A stretch of DNA of 64,000 nucleotides from an uncultured Candidatus Binatia bacterium (GTDB lineage Bacteria; Desulfobacterota; Binatia; Bin18): the NCBI GenBank assembly GCA_965200965.1, contig OZ241744.1, positions 736,001 to 800,000 of the forward strand, written 5' to 3'. Position 1 is the first letter of the stretch; every line of letters begins with the position of its first letter. Both the position numbers and the translations under genes were made by a program. Shown here one piece after another: positions 51,129 through 62,438 of the stretch. A model generated the notes under the pieces. That model searched no databases. It worked only from the letters and a program-made list of their open reading frames with translations, and was not told the origin of the DNA.

Positions 51129-51443
51129 ATGGCAAGCCGCATCCGAAAAAACGACATGGTTCAGGTCATGGCCGGCAAAGACAAGGGCAAGACAGGCGAG
51201 GTGCTCCAGGTTTTTCCGAAAAAAAACCGGGCCACGGTCCGTGGTCTGAATATGGTCAAACGCCACCTCAAGCCGAACCAGCAACGGCAGCAGGGTGGCA
51301 TTGTTGAGAAAGAAGCGCCTCTGCACCTCTCCAACGTCATGCCGCTTGACCCCGAGGACGGCCGTCCGACCCGGGTCGGGTTCAGGATTGCCGAAAGGAA
51401 GAAGGTCCGCGTCAGCAGACGGACCGGCAAAGTGCTTGACTAG
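51129..51443 (+). CDS. rplX: 50S ribosomal protein L24 (orphan, Cys-free)
   Basis: IRKNDMVQVMAGKDKGKTG, GGIVEKEAPLHLSNV, PTRVGF; AAGGAG RBS. Confidence 0.92.
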   Translation: MASRIRKNDMVQVMAGKDKGKTGEVLQVFPKKNRATVRGLNMVKRHLKPNQQRQQGGIVEKEAPLHLSNVMPLDPEDGRPTRVGFRIAERKKVRVSRRTGKVLD

Positions 51444-51452
51444 CGCGTGCGG

Positions 51453-51608
51453 CTATTTCAGGCGGGTTTCCTTGTAGATGACGTGTTTGCGGGCAACCGG
51501 GTCGTATTTTTTGAGTTCCAGTTTATCCGTCATGGTCTTTTTGTTTTTGGTCGCAATGTAGAAGTGGCCGGTGCCGGCTGACGATTCCAGTTTGATTTTT
51601 TCGCGCAT
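51453..51608 (-). CDS. rpmG: 50S ribosomal protein L33 (C-minus form); not in the ORF track
   Basis: Manual translation: [51 protein letters not shown]. Confidence 0.93.
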   Translation of the reverse strand: MREKIKLESSAGTGHFYIATKNKKTMTDKLELKKYDPVARKHVIYKETRLK

Positions 51609-51626
51609 CGTTCGTCCCTCCCTTGC

Positions 51627-51863
51627 CTACACTTTGATGCCGCGCCGGCGCATGTCTCTCAACACCCGCTCAATGCCCAGCTTGTCAATCGTCCGAATCC
51701 CGCGTGCGCTCAGGCGCAGGCGCACCCAGCGTTTTTCGTTCGCCACCCAGAACTTATGGGTCTGCATGTTTGGAAGAAAACGCCGTTTTGTCTTATTGTT
51801 GGCGTGGGATACATTATTCCCGGTACGCGGGCGTTTGCCAGTGACTGGACACAGTCTTGACAT
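51627..51863 (-). CDS. rpmB: 50S ribosomal protein L28 (long C-minus form)
   Basis: [30 protein letters not shown]...[11 protein letters not shown]. Confidence 0.95.
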   Translation of the reverse strand: MSRLCPVTGKRPRTGNNVSHANNKTKRRFLPNMQTHKFWVANEKRWVRLRLSARGIRTIDKLGIERVLRDMRRRGIKV

Positions 51864-51947
51864 GAAAACGTCTCCTCAGGATTGTCTTGTCGCCGGCCTG
51901 TATAGCATGGCCGGCCGCGGAGGGCCAGGGTGGGCAGCCCGGTCGGC

Positions 51948-54068
<2,121 letters not shown>

Positions 54069-54078
54069 GGCGGGGCGG

Positions 54079-56670
54079 CTACTCATCAACAGAGAAGCGG
54101 CCTTCCCAGATGGGGCCTGCCCCGGGCACATACTGGCCGGTCCTGATGGACCTGAGGGCGTACTTGGGGAGTTCGCGGATCGCAAGGCATTGTTGCCCGG
54201 CCTGCCGGCCGGCCTCTGTGAAGCGAAAGTCAAGGTTGTCGAACCCGTACTGCTGGCGATTGTCGGGCAGGTCGTTCTCGTCAACCGGGATCAGGTGCAG
54301 GAAGAATATGGGGTCCATGTCATCTCCGCCGCATGGCTCTTTAACATATATCAGGGCATTTTTGTTGATATAAATATCGTATTTGGAGCGGAGGATGGGC
54401 TGGCCGGCCTCTGTGATCAGTCTGTCAAGATCTGCCAGGCTTGGCCGTGCCAGCATAACGTGGTCAAGCATGATGTGACCTCCGTGACTTCGTTCATGGT
54501 CAAAGAGTTCCAGTTGTAGACGCTTGCCGGCGACGGCGGATAGTGGGGAGACGATCAGGTCGAACTCTTCAGCACGCTCGCCGCTTGGGCTGCTCCACTC
54601 GCCAGCCCCGTACCAAACCGCAGCTTCTTCGCCATCGGCCAACAAACGCAACCCGACACGAGACCCCGATCCACCGGCGAGCAGAAATACCAGAGATTGG
54701 TCGGCTTTTGCGGTGAACGCTGGCGAGAGCGCCTTTCCGGTAGTCTTATCGCCGTGGTCTGGGTGATAGCTCGTCAGAAAGCCGGGGCCAACATGCCCGA
54801 AAATCGGCAGTTGGCCCGTGTAGAATGTCTGCTGGCCGTGGTTGGTCATTGCCTCGCCTGTGACCTGCCAGCCGTCCATGCCACCCTCGAAGCGTCCGAG
54901 AAACTGCTCGCCAACAAAGTGGAAGTAAGGCTTGACGCTGAAACGATTGTCGGCAGGCCGGGTCATCGAAAAGCGGCTCCTGGCCCGCAGGTCGCGGCCG
55001 ACAAAATGCTCGTTGACCCACTGATGATCGCCAGCACTAAAGGGCATCCATAGCTCGGGGCCGATTTTCAGAGCATAGTGTGCGCTGGCGAGGGCCTCAG
55101 CTTGGTTGGAGGCAGAAGGATAGGGACGAAAGTTGACGCCGCGTCGCTGGAGATATCCCGGGGGAGGAAAGCGGTCGTGTGCCATGATCCGCTCGTGGTT
55201 GGGACGCGTGACCGGATTGTGCGCCACCGTCGCGTCAGCCAAACCATTGACGTCAATGATTGTCAGGTCTCGGAGATAATAGGGCGAGACGCCAATGGAG
55301 GCGAGGGCTGCCACGGCATTGTCGGGAATCACCCCAGGTTCCAGCTTCTCGTACTCCTTCCATCCCGCTATCCGCTCGGTGAGCGCGTGTTGGAAAAGCC
55401 CGGCGCGTAATCCGACGAACTGGCGGGCAGACTGCTCGCGCAGGGCGTTGGAGATGGCGACGAGTGCTGGCATCCCCGGCGCGGTGAGCAGCCAAGCCGC
55501 GTTCTTTTCATTGAGTTCGATGGAGAGCCTGCCGGGGAGGAAGCGAAGCCCGTCGTCTTTGAACAGTAAAGCGCCTTGAAGTGCGCCAGCATAAAACAGC
55601 ACTGGCACAAAGAGAACCAGGCTGAACGCCCTCGGTCCGGCCCACCGGGTCCATGAAGAAGTCGTTCGGAGGCGATTCGATATCCCGGAGGCGAGGTGCG
55701 TGATGCCCTCGGCTCCGGGGACCGCCAGTAGAGGCCAGTAAAAGTCCAGCGGGCGATACTCAAAAACATCGCCGCCTATGCGCATCAGGTAGAGTACATG
55801 GAAGGAGATGCAGAGCAGCCCCAGGGCGTAAGTCCCGTCTCTATAGCCTATCCAGCGTTTTCGCACGGCCACGCACGCGAGTGGAATTAGCAGGTATAGG
55901 CCGGTCTCCAGCACCGCGGCCCAGAGATAACGAAAGCCGGACTCGTACCACGGTCGCACATGCTTGGCATAGTAGGTATTTGGCAGCCATGCGCCGTAAT
56001 ACCCGTAGCGGAACAGAAAATGGGCTGCGATAAGGACGAAGAACGGCCCTGCCAGAAATATCGCCTCCCGCCAGTCCAGCCGGTGGGCGGTGAGGAGACG
56101 GTGGGCGGCGAACCAGCCGAAACAGCAGGCCGCCAGCATGAGACCCTCGGGGCGGGTCAGGGCGGCGGCAGCCAGGCTCAGCGACGCTATCAGCAGTCCC
56201 CAGGGCCTGTCTCTGTGAATGCCCAGGCAGACCACCGCCACGACAATGAAGAACGTAAATTGCCGCGTTTCCAGTCCGCCGCCCGAGGTCCATACGGCAA
56301 AGGTCGCGCTGCTGCACACCAGACCCAGCCCCATCCAGGCGACGAGGCCCCTGTTCGGCAGGGAGGGCATCCGGGCGATCCACCACAGCATCACGGCCAC
56401 AGTTCCGCCTGTGTAGCCTACCGATAAGCACGGCGCGGCGTCTTCCGGGCGCACGCCAAGGATTCCCCATATGGCCGCAAGCTCCAGAATCCACAGGAAG
56501 TTGGTATAGCCCTCCACATACTCGCCCGGATTGAACACCAGGCCGTTGCCCTCGATCAGGTTGCGGGCGTAACGAAAGCTGATGAAGGCGTCATCGGTGA
56601 AAAACTCGGCCACCCCGGCGAGCCCCCCCAGTAAGGCCAACCACGGCAGGCAGCATAGAAGGTGGGTCAT
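54079..56670 (-). CDS. GT-C-fold membrane glycosyltransferase (arabinofuranosyltransferase-like) with periplasmic C-terminal domains
   Basis: TDDAFISFRYARNL..G.GLVFNPGEYVEGYTN, GLET, LTRPEG, LPNTYYAK, GGDVF..R, ID.NGLAD. Confidence 0.75.
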   Translation of the reverse strand: MTHLLCCLPWLALLGGLAGVAEFFTDDAFISFRYARNLIEGNGLVFNPGEYVEGYTNFLWILELAAIWGILGVRPEDAAPCLSVGYTGGTVAVMLWWIARMPSLPNRGLVAWMGLGLVCSSATFAVWTSGGGLETRQFTFFIVVAVVCLGIHRDRPWGLLIASLSLAAAALTRPEGLMLAACCFGWFAAHRLLTAHRLDWREAIFLAGPFFVLIAAHFLFRYGYYGAWLPNTYYAKHVRPWYESGFRYLWAAVLETGLYLLIPLACVAVRKRWIGYRDGTYALGLLCISFHVLYLMRIGGDVFEYRPLDFYWPLLAVPGAEGITHLASGISNRLRTTSSWTRWAGPRAFSLVLFVPVLFYAGALQGALLFKDDGLRFLPGRLSIELNEKNAAWLLTAPGMPALVAISNALREQSARQFVGLRAGLFQHALTERIAGWKEYEKLEPGVIPDNAVAALASIGVSPYYLRDLTIIDVNGLADATVAHNPVTRPNHERIMAHDRFPPPGYLQRRGVNFRPYPSASNQAEALASAHYALKIGPELWMPFSAGDHQWVNEHFVGRDLRARSRFSMTRPADNRFSVKPYFHFVGEQFLGRFEGGMDGWQVTGEAMTNHGQQTFYTGQLPIFGHVGPGFLTSYHPDHGDKTTGKALSPAFTAKADQSLVFLLAGGSGSRVGLRLLADGEEAAVWYGAGEWSSPSGERAEEFDLIVSPLSAVAGKRLQLELFDHERSHGGHIMLDHVMLARPSLADLDRLITEAGQPILRSKYDIYINKNALIYVKEPCGGDDMDPIFFLHLIPVDENDLPDNRQQYGFDNLDFRFTEAGRQAGQQCLAIRELPKYALRSIRTGQYVPGAGPIWEGRFSVDE

Positions 56671-56713
56671 GCGGACTTTTTGCAGTGTGGCGAGACAGTT
56701 TGTCACAATTGTC

Positions 56714-57003
56714 TATTTGCGTGTGGGCTGTGTGGCCGACCGGAGGCTGAGCCGGGGCGGCTACTCGTCAATAGAGAAGCGGCCTTCCCAGATGGGGCCT
56801 GCCCCGGGCACATACTGGCCGGTCCTGATGGACCTGAGGGCGTACTTGGGGAGTTCGCGGATCGCAAGGCATTGTTGCCCGGCCTGCCGGCCGGCCTCTG
56901 TGAAGCGAAAGTCAAGGTTGTCGAACCCGTACTGCTGGCGATTGTCGGGCAGGTCGTTCTCGTCAACCGGGATCAGGTGCAGGAAGAATATGGGGTCCAT
57001 GTC
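56714..57003. repeat. 290-bp direct repeat, copy 2 (includes an orphan copy of the last codons of the UbiA-family gene)
   Basis: TATTTGCGTGTGGGCTGTGTGGCCGACCGGAGGCTGA...GGGGTCCATGTC, offset 2682 bp from copy 1. Confidence 0.93.
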
Positions 57004-58788
57004 GTCCTGACTGCACGAATCTTTGGCGTATATCGCTCGATTGTCGTGGATATACACATTATAGTGAGAACGGATGATGGGCTCACCGGCTGCCGTGACG
57101 ATTGCGGTGAGGGAGGCCGCCTTATTTCGGACATAGCTGTCCACATCAAAGTGTCCTGGGGTGACGCGCAATATGAGGCCATCGGCCAACTCCGCCACGA
57201 TCTCCACGCCCGGCAAAGCCCGAAGATGAAAGGAGCCGTAGTCGTGCTGAAGCCAATCTCCTCCATCGAACCATACAATATACATGTCCTCATTGACTGC
57301 TTCTGCCGCTTGAACAAAATAGGTTGGTGCGCCAAGCGGTGGATCGCACTGAAAGCCAGCAGGATCGGAGGCGCACTTTTGGAGCGATTGAACCAACCGC
57401 TGCTCTGTCTCGTGTAGAACGATAATATTTCGCCGAACCGTCGTATAGATATACACTGCAAAAGGATCATTACTGTATACCCAGCCGGTGAGGGGATGTT
57501 CTCGCAGATACGACAAGACTGCCGGGTGCGTAAACCTCCTGCTTGTCAAACTCCATCGAAAATACTCTGAACCGTCACTGTTCGCCGCATATATTCCACG
57601 CCCAGTAACGACAGCAGAGCCAGCCAGCCAGAGGGCAAGCGGCACGGCCATGACCGCGGTCAGCGGGCTTTTTCCTGCTCCCCTCCCTGACCATCTGTCC
57701 AGGGCAAATACAACGATGAACAGAAGCGGAATATAGGCGGGAGAAATATGCCTGCGAGCTACCCCTACGGGAGTGTTGGATGCAGCCACGAGGAAGAAAG
57801 CAAGATAGATCAGGACGAAAGCCCCAAAAAGCATGAGCGGATTCCAGTCAGGCCGGGTCTGAGCTTCCCGGCGTGAGCGTAGAAAGCCATATGCTACGGC
57901 TATGGCGAGTGCTAGCAGGGCTATTCCTGCCGCTGTCGCAACTCCAGTTGGAACAGGATTGAGGACTGGGACCGCCCAGCTGGCCAGGACATCAAGGGTG
58001 TACTGCGCGTACTCCGCAAAGGAAGCCAAGGGGGGACTGCTGCGTGCAGACCCGGTAGGCGTTCCTGAGACTATCATGTTTCTCAACAGCCAGAGGCCAA
58101 GCGGCGTCACAGCAATGAACGCATAGGCGGCACTATGCCGGACCTTTTCCCGGAGGGACTTCGTGCTCTTGAAGAGCAGGACCAGCCCTACGGTGATGAC
58201 GATGGAGAGGCCGATATATCTGGTGAGGCAGGCGAGGGCGGTGAAGAGAGCTGAGCGGATCAGAGAGGAGCGGTGCTCGGTGTTGAGGAAGTTCTCTGTC
58301 TCAACCAGGGCAAGCACGGCAAACAGGATGAAGACGGGCTCTGACATCACCCAGGCTGCGTTCTGTAAGAGTGGGGCTGACAGCGTAATGGCAAGACAGC
58401 CCCAGAGAAGAAGGACCCGGGAGTATATGCTTTTGCGAAGCCACCGGCCGGCAACGAAGATGGTCAGCCCGAAGGCGGCCGCATTCACCGGGCCGGCGAC
58501 CTCGGCGGGGTCAAACACGAACAGGCTGGCCAGTGCGAGCAGACTCGGAAACAGGGGTGGCCAGTGTGTATACCAGTTTCCGTCATACGCCTGGACAAAG
58601 CCATTGCCTGCCAGCAGGTTCCGAGCAACGGCTATGTAGGTGACGGAATCCGGGTCTAATGCCGCCCCGTAGGTGACTTGATGCAGCAGAACGAGGACCG
58701 TGCCGAGAACGCTCAGGGAGGCCAGCAACAGCGTGAAAGCAAGCGGGCCGGGGTGTTGCAGGCCCCAGAGAGAACGTGAGGTGTTCAC
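56761..58788 (-). CDS. GT-C-fold membrane glycosyltransferase (PMT/ArnT-like)
   Basis: DPDSVTYIAVARNL..G.G, HWPPLFP, MSEPVF, LTRYIG, WLLRN; multiple TMs; start uncertain (GTG 58788). Confidence 0.72.
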   Translation of the reverse strand: MNTSRSLWGLQHPGPLAFTLLLASLSVLGTVLVLLHQVTYGAALDPDSVTYIAVARNLLAGNGFVQAYDGNWYTHWPPLFPSLLALASLFVFDPAEVAGPVNAAAFGLTIFVAGRWLRKSIYSRVLLLWGCLAITLSAPLLQNAAWVMSEPVFILFAVLALVETENFLNTEHRSSLIRSALFTALACLTRYIGLSIVITVGLVLLFKSTKSLREKVRHSAAYAFIAVTPLGLWLLRNMIVSGTPTGSARSSPPLASFAEYAQYTLDVLASWAVPVLNPVPTGVATAAGIALLALAIAVAYGFLRSRREAQTRPDWNPLMLFGAFVLIYLAFFLVAASNTPVGVARRHISPAYIPLLFIVVFALDRWSGRGAGKSPLTAVMAVPLALWLAGSAVVTGRGIYAANSDGSEYFRWSLTSRRFTHPAVLSYLREHPLTGWVYSNDPFAVYIYTTVRRNIIVLHETEQRLVQSLQKCASDPAGFQCDPPLGAPTYFVQAAEAVNEDMYIVWFDGGDWLQHDYGSFHLRALPGVEIVAELADGLILRVTPGHFDVDSYVRNKAASLTAIVTAAGEPIIRSHYNVYIHDNRAIYAKDSCSQDDMDPIFFLHLIPVDENDLPDNRQQYGFDNLDFRFTEAGRQAGQQCLAIRELPKYALRSIRTGQYVPGAGPIWEGRFSIDE

Positions 58789-58789
58789 C

Positions 58790-59527
58790 TTAGAGATCCA
58801 GTCGTTTGAAAAGGCTCTCCGGAATGCCTCTGATGATGAGCATGATGTATTTCCAGAACCACGGCAGGTAGACCCGGGGTTTTTTCTTGCCAAGGCCCTT
58901 GACAATTCCCGCGGCGACTGTTTCGGGCCTTGCCCACAGCGGCCCTTTCTTGAACCCGGCGGTCATCGGCGTATCGACCAAACCGGGTTTGATGTCGAGC
59001 ACCTGGACACCCGACTGGTGGAGCCGGTTTCTGAGTCCCTGCAAGAGAACCGACAGCATGGCCTTGGCCGCGCCATAGACATAGTTGGACCGCCGGCCGC
59101 GTTCACCGGCTACACTGGTCATGACGGCAATGGTTCCGCTTTGCTGTCTCTCCAGTCTGTTAGCAAGGTGGGTCAGCAGCGAAGCCGTGCCGATAGCGTT
59201 GGTGTTGAGGGCTGCCAGGGTTGTGGTGAAGTCTGCTTCGCAGGCGTGTTGGTCTGGCAAGGTCCCGTGGGCGATCAGGGCGACATCAATGGTTCCGAGG
59301 GCCGCGAACGCGGCGTTGAGGGCCGCTTCGTGCGATTCAAAATCCTGAATGTCGAGCCGACCGTACTTGACCGAAGCGGCTCCTCGAATTTTGAGATCCT
59401 CAGCCAAAGACGAGAGGCGTTCCTGGTTGCGGGCTATCAGATACAGCTGGCTGCCACGCTGGGCAAAGGTTCTGGCCGTGGCTTGGGCGATGGCCGAGGT
59501 TGCCCCAATGATGAGAATATGCTGCAC
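58790..59527 (-). CDS. DprE2-like SDR (polyprenylphosphoryl-2-ketopentose reductase)
   Basis: IIGATSAIA, SVAGERGRRSNYVYGAAK, KPGLVDTPMT; directly downstream of the dprE1-like gene. Confidence 0.8.
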   Translation of the reverse strand: MQHILIIGATSAIAQATARTFAQRGSQLYLIARNQERLSSLAEDLKIRGAASVKYGRLDIQDFESHEAALNAAFAALGTIDVALIAHGTLPDQHACEADFTTTLAALNTNAIGTASLLTHLANRLERQQSGTIAVMTSVAGERGRRSNYVYGAAKAMLSVLLQGLRNRLHQSGVQVLDIKPGLVDTPMTAGFKKGPLWARPETVAAGIVKGLGKKKPRVYLPWFWKYIMLIIRGIPESLFKRLDL

Positions 59528-59529
59528 CG

Positions 59530-60834
59530 CTACAGCCCCAAACGCCGCGATTGCAGGGAGTGAAACACTTTCTCCGCGCCGTAGGCATGCCTGACCTGCA
59601 TGAACGCTGGCCATCTGGGGTAGCCTTGTTTGAAGGTCTGCTCTGACAGGTGCGCGTCTTTTGCCAGATAGCCCCGCCCGCCATAATCAAGGACGAGGCG
59701 GTCCAGTTCATTCAACAGATCGAATAATCCTGTATCCAGACGAAAATCCAGGGACAGGGTATGTCCCTCCAGCGGGAAGGAAAGCAGGTTGGCGTTGCTC
59801 GTACCGAACACTTTGAGGACCCCTAAAGGGGAGATGTGCCCGGAGGCAACAATCCGCCGCAAGACAGCCGGCAGCCCTTCAAGGCTGGCTTCCCGCGGAA
59901 TCACAACATGGTAGTGGATAAATCCGTTCTTGCCGTACAACCTGTTCCAGTGCCGAATGCTGTCCAGCGGACAAAAGAACTGTTGGTAGTGAATGAGGCC
60001 TTGCGTCCGTTTTTTTCTCACCCGGTTGTAGTACAGGCTGTTGAAGGCCCGGATGAAATAGCGGTTCAACACCCAACCCGGCATGTCCAGAGGAACGATG
60101 AGCCGGCCGCTTTTCCCCGGACTCAGCCCGCCTCGCTCGGCGTGTTCGCCCAGCATCAGGATAGACCGTCCAAGTGACCCGCGGCTGGACGAGCAATCAA
60201 TCCAGGCAACGCGGTAGGTGGCATTGTGGTGGATGTCAAGGAGCTCCAGGGCTTCTTTGAGGTGCTTCGCCTTGAGCGTGGTTTGGTGGATATAGGCGCT
60301 GCGGATGGGTTGCAGCCTGAACCTGGCTTCAAGGATGATACCAGTCAGCCCCATTCCGCCGCAGGTGGCGTGGAACAGTTCAGGACGGCGTTCGCGTGAG
60401 CATTCCACGATGCCGTCAGAGACCGTGGCGATTTTCAGCGCAATCACATGGTCGGTGAACGAGCCTTCCTGACAATGGTTTTTGCCGTGTATATCGCCGG
60501 CAATAGCGCCGCCGACGGTGACGTATTGTGTCCCGGGTATAACAGGCAGGAACCAGCCTTTTGGGACAAACACCGACAGGATATCGGCAAAACTGATGCC
60601 AGCCATGCAGGTGAGAACCCCGCTGGATTCGTCAAAGCTCAGACAGCGATTCAGATAGCGGGTGCTGATGACGTGCGGGGCCAGCGCGCTGTCGCCGTAA
60701 CTGCGTCCCGCCCCTCGGGCGATCTGCGGGTGCTGTCCAGTGTCACAGATGCGCCCGAGAATGTCTTGCGGGTCAATGGGGTGAGATACCTCCGCGTCGA
60801 TGCTTGGGTATCTGGCCCATCCGCTTAACGTCAT
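59530..60834 (-). CDS. DprE1-like FAD-dependent oxidoreductase
   Basis: ARGAGRSYGD, PGTQYVTVGGAIAGDIHGKNH, GGMGLTG, VAWID, YLAKD, SRRLGL. Confidence 0.85.
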   Translation of the reverse strand: MTLSGWARYPSIDAEVSHPIDPQDILGRICDTGQHPQIARGAGRSYGDSALAPHVISTRYLNRCLSFDESSGVLTCMAGISFADILSVFVPKGWFLPVIPGTQYVTVGGAIAGDIHGKNHCQEGSFTDHVIALKIATVSDGIVECSRERRPELFHATCGGMGLTGIILEARFRLQPIRSAYIHQTTLKAKHLKEALELLDIHHNATYRVAWIDCSSSRGSLGRSILMLGEHAERGGLSPGKSGRLIVPLDMPGWVLNRYFIRAFNSLYYNRVRKKRTQGLIHYQQFFCPLDSIRHWNRLYGKNGFIHYHVVIPREASLEGLPAVLRRIVASGHISPLGVLKVFGTSNANLLSFPLEGHTLSLDFRLDTGLFDLLNELDRLVLDYGGRGYLAKDAHLSEQTFKQGYPRWPAFMQVRHAYGAEKVFHSLQSRRLGL

Positions 60835-62246
60835 TTATCCAGCTCCTGCAAGACCTCAAACAATATCCGGGTGGCTTGACTCAGGCTGGCCAGTGGAATC
60901 CGCTCGTTGGGACCGTGGACCCCGTAGTCTTCTCCGGCTTGCAGGGCAATGCCCGAGAAACCGTAGCTGACAATGCCTTTTTTACGAAAATAATGGCTGT
61001 CGGTAAAACCGGTCAGCAGGCTGGGCAGAACGAGCGCCTCGGGGTGGTGGCGCTTGGCCACGGCGCTGATGGCCCGAAACAGCGGGGTGTCGGCCGCGGA
61101 CGCAGCCGGTGGAAAGTTGAGCAGGACCGTCAGCTCAACATGGGGATCATCAATGACTTCGGTCAGTGTGGCAACAAAATGGCGGCAATCCTCACCTGGC
61201 AACAGACGGCAGTCGAGTTCGGCTGTAGCCTGGGCCGGCACTGAGTTGGTCTTTTGGCTGCCGCTCAGAACCGTCGGAGAAATGGTGTTCCGAATCAGGG
61301 CGTTGTGGCGGGGTTGGGCGATGAAGGTCTGACGAAACGCCGGGTCGGCCAGGGCGCGTTCAAGATTCCGGTACTGCGCCGCGGTTTCGTCATTCTCCCG
61401 CTCGGCCAGGGCCGAGAAATAGGCCTGCACGGCCGGCACGACCTTGACCGGAGCGGTGTAGGTCTGAATGTTGGTCAGGGCGCGCAGCAGACGGGTAACT
61501 GCGCTGTCGGGCCGTGGGACCGAGCCGTGGCCGGCTCTGCCCTTGGCCGTCAGCCGAATCCAGCAGGGGGCCTTTTCCGCCACGCTGACGGAGTATGAGC
61601 TTGTTTCTCCATCCTGATGAATACTGCCGCCCTCAGTCAGCAGAAACTCTGCATCCTGAATGCGGTCAAAATGCGTGTCAACAAACCAGCCGGCCCCGTG
61701 TTGGCCGCCGGTTTCTTCGTCGCCGGTGCCCAGAAAAATGATGTCGCGTTTCAGGCCAACGGCATGGCGTTTAATCAACGCCATAGCCAGAAACTGGACG
61801 ACCGCGGTACCCTTGCAGTCAATCGCGCCTCGGCCGTGGACATGGCCATCTTTGACCACACCCGAGAACGGCTCAAGGTCCCAGTTCTCGACCTGGGCCG
61901 GCACGACATCCATATGGTGGAGCAGAATGAGCGGCCTTTTTTCGCCGCTGCCGGTGAGCCGGGCGGACACAATCCCCCGGCCGGGCTGGGACTCGTACAC
62001 CTCGGCCTCAAGTCCCTCTTTGGCCAGTATGTCTTTCCAGAAATGGGCTGCGGCTATCTCATTGCCCGGAGGGTTGGTGGTATTGATCCGGATATACCGG
62101 CGCAGCAGTTCAGCGGCTTCCCGCTCAACCGCGGCCCAGTCGGGCTGAGCCGCCGCGCCTGGGGCATGAAGCAGGAGAAGACAGACGAGCAAGCCCAATA
62201 CACCTGACGGGCCGTGGCGGTACAAAAACAATGTGGCTGTGCGCAT
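60831..62246 (-). CDS. M20/M25/M40 family metallopeptidase with signal peptide
   Basis: INTTNPPGNE, HHMDVVP, GRGAIDCKG, DEETGG, TEGG, GFTDSHYFR, HGPNER. Confidence 0.88.
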   Translation of the reverse strand: MRTATLFLYRHGPSGVLGLLVCLLLLHAPGAAAQPDWAAVEREAAELLRRYIRINTTNPPGNEIAAAHFWKDILAKEGLEAEVYESQPGRGIVSARLTGSGEKRPLILLHHMDVVPAQVENWDLEPFSGVVKDGHVHGRGAIDCKGTAVVQFLAMALIKRHAVGLKRDIIFLGTGDEETGGQHGAGWFVDTHFDRIQDAEFLLTEGGSIHQDGETSSYSVSVAEKAPCWIRLTAKGRAGHGSVPRPDSAVTRLLRALTNIQTYTAPVKVVPAVQAYFSALAERENDETAAQYRNLERALADPAFRQTFIAQPRHNALIRNTISPTVLSGSQKTNSVPAQATAELDCRLLPGEDCRHFVATLTEVIDDPHVELTVLLNFPPAASAADTPLFRAISAVAKRHHPEALVLPSLLTGFTDSHYFRKKGIVSYGFSGIALQAGEDYGVHGPNERIPLASLSQATRILFEVLQELDK

Positions 62247-62438
62247 ATTTCCTCTGAACCGGGAGATTGAAGCTCTGCGTGTGGGGCTTCGCTCCGAAGG
62301 CTAATCTGCTGGCGGAAAAAAGGCAAGTCCAGACTGGATTTTTTCCCCACACAAGATATAGTTGTTCAACAAATCCTTCAACCCTTTCCCTTGGGATGCA
62401 CGAGACGGAGGCTTGGGGAGGGCTGGGGAGGTGGGGTA

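Noticed and set aside
51864-51947. Fur/Zur box upstream of rpmB
   Set aside because: No match to the TTGCRA-N5-TTGCAA motif was seen.
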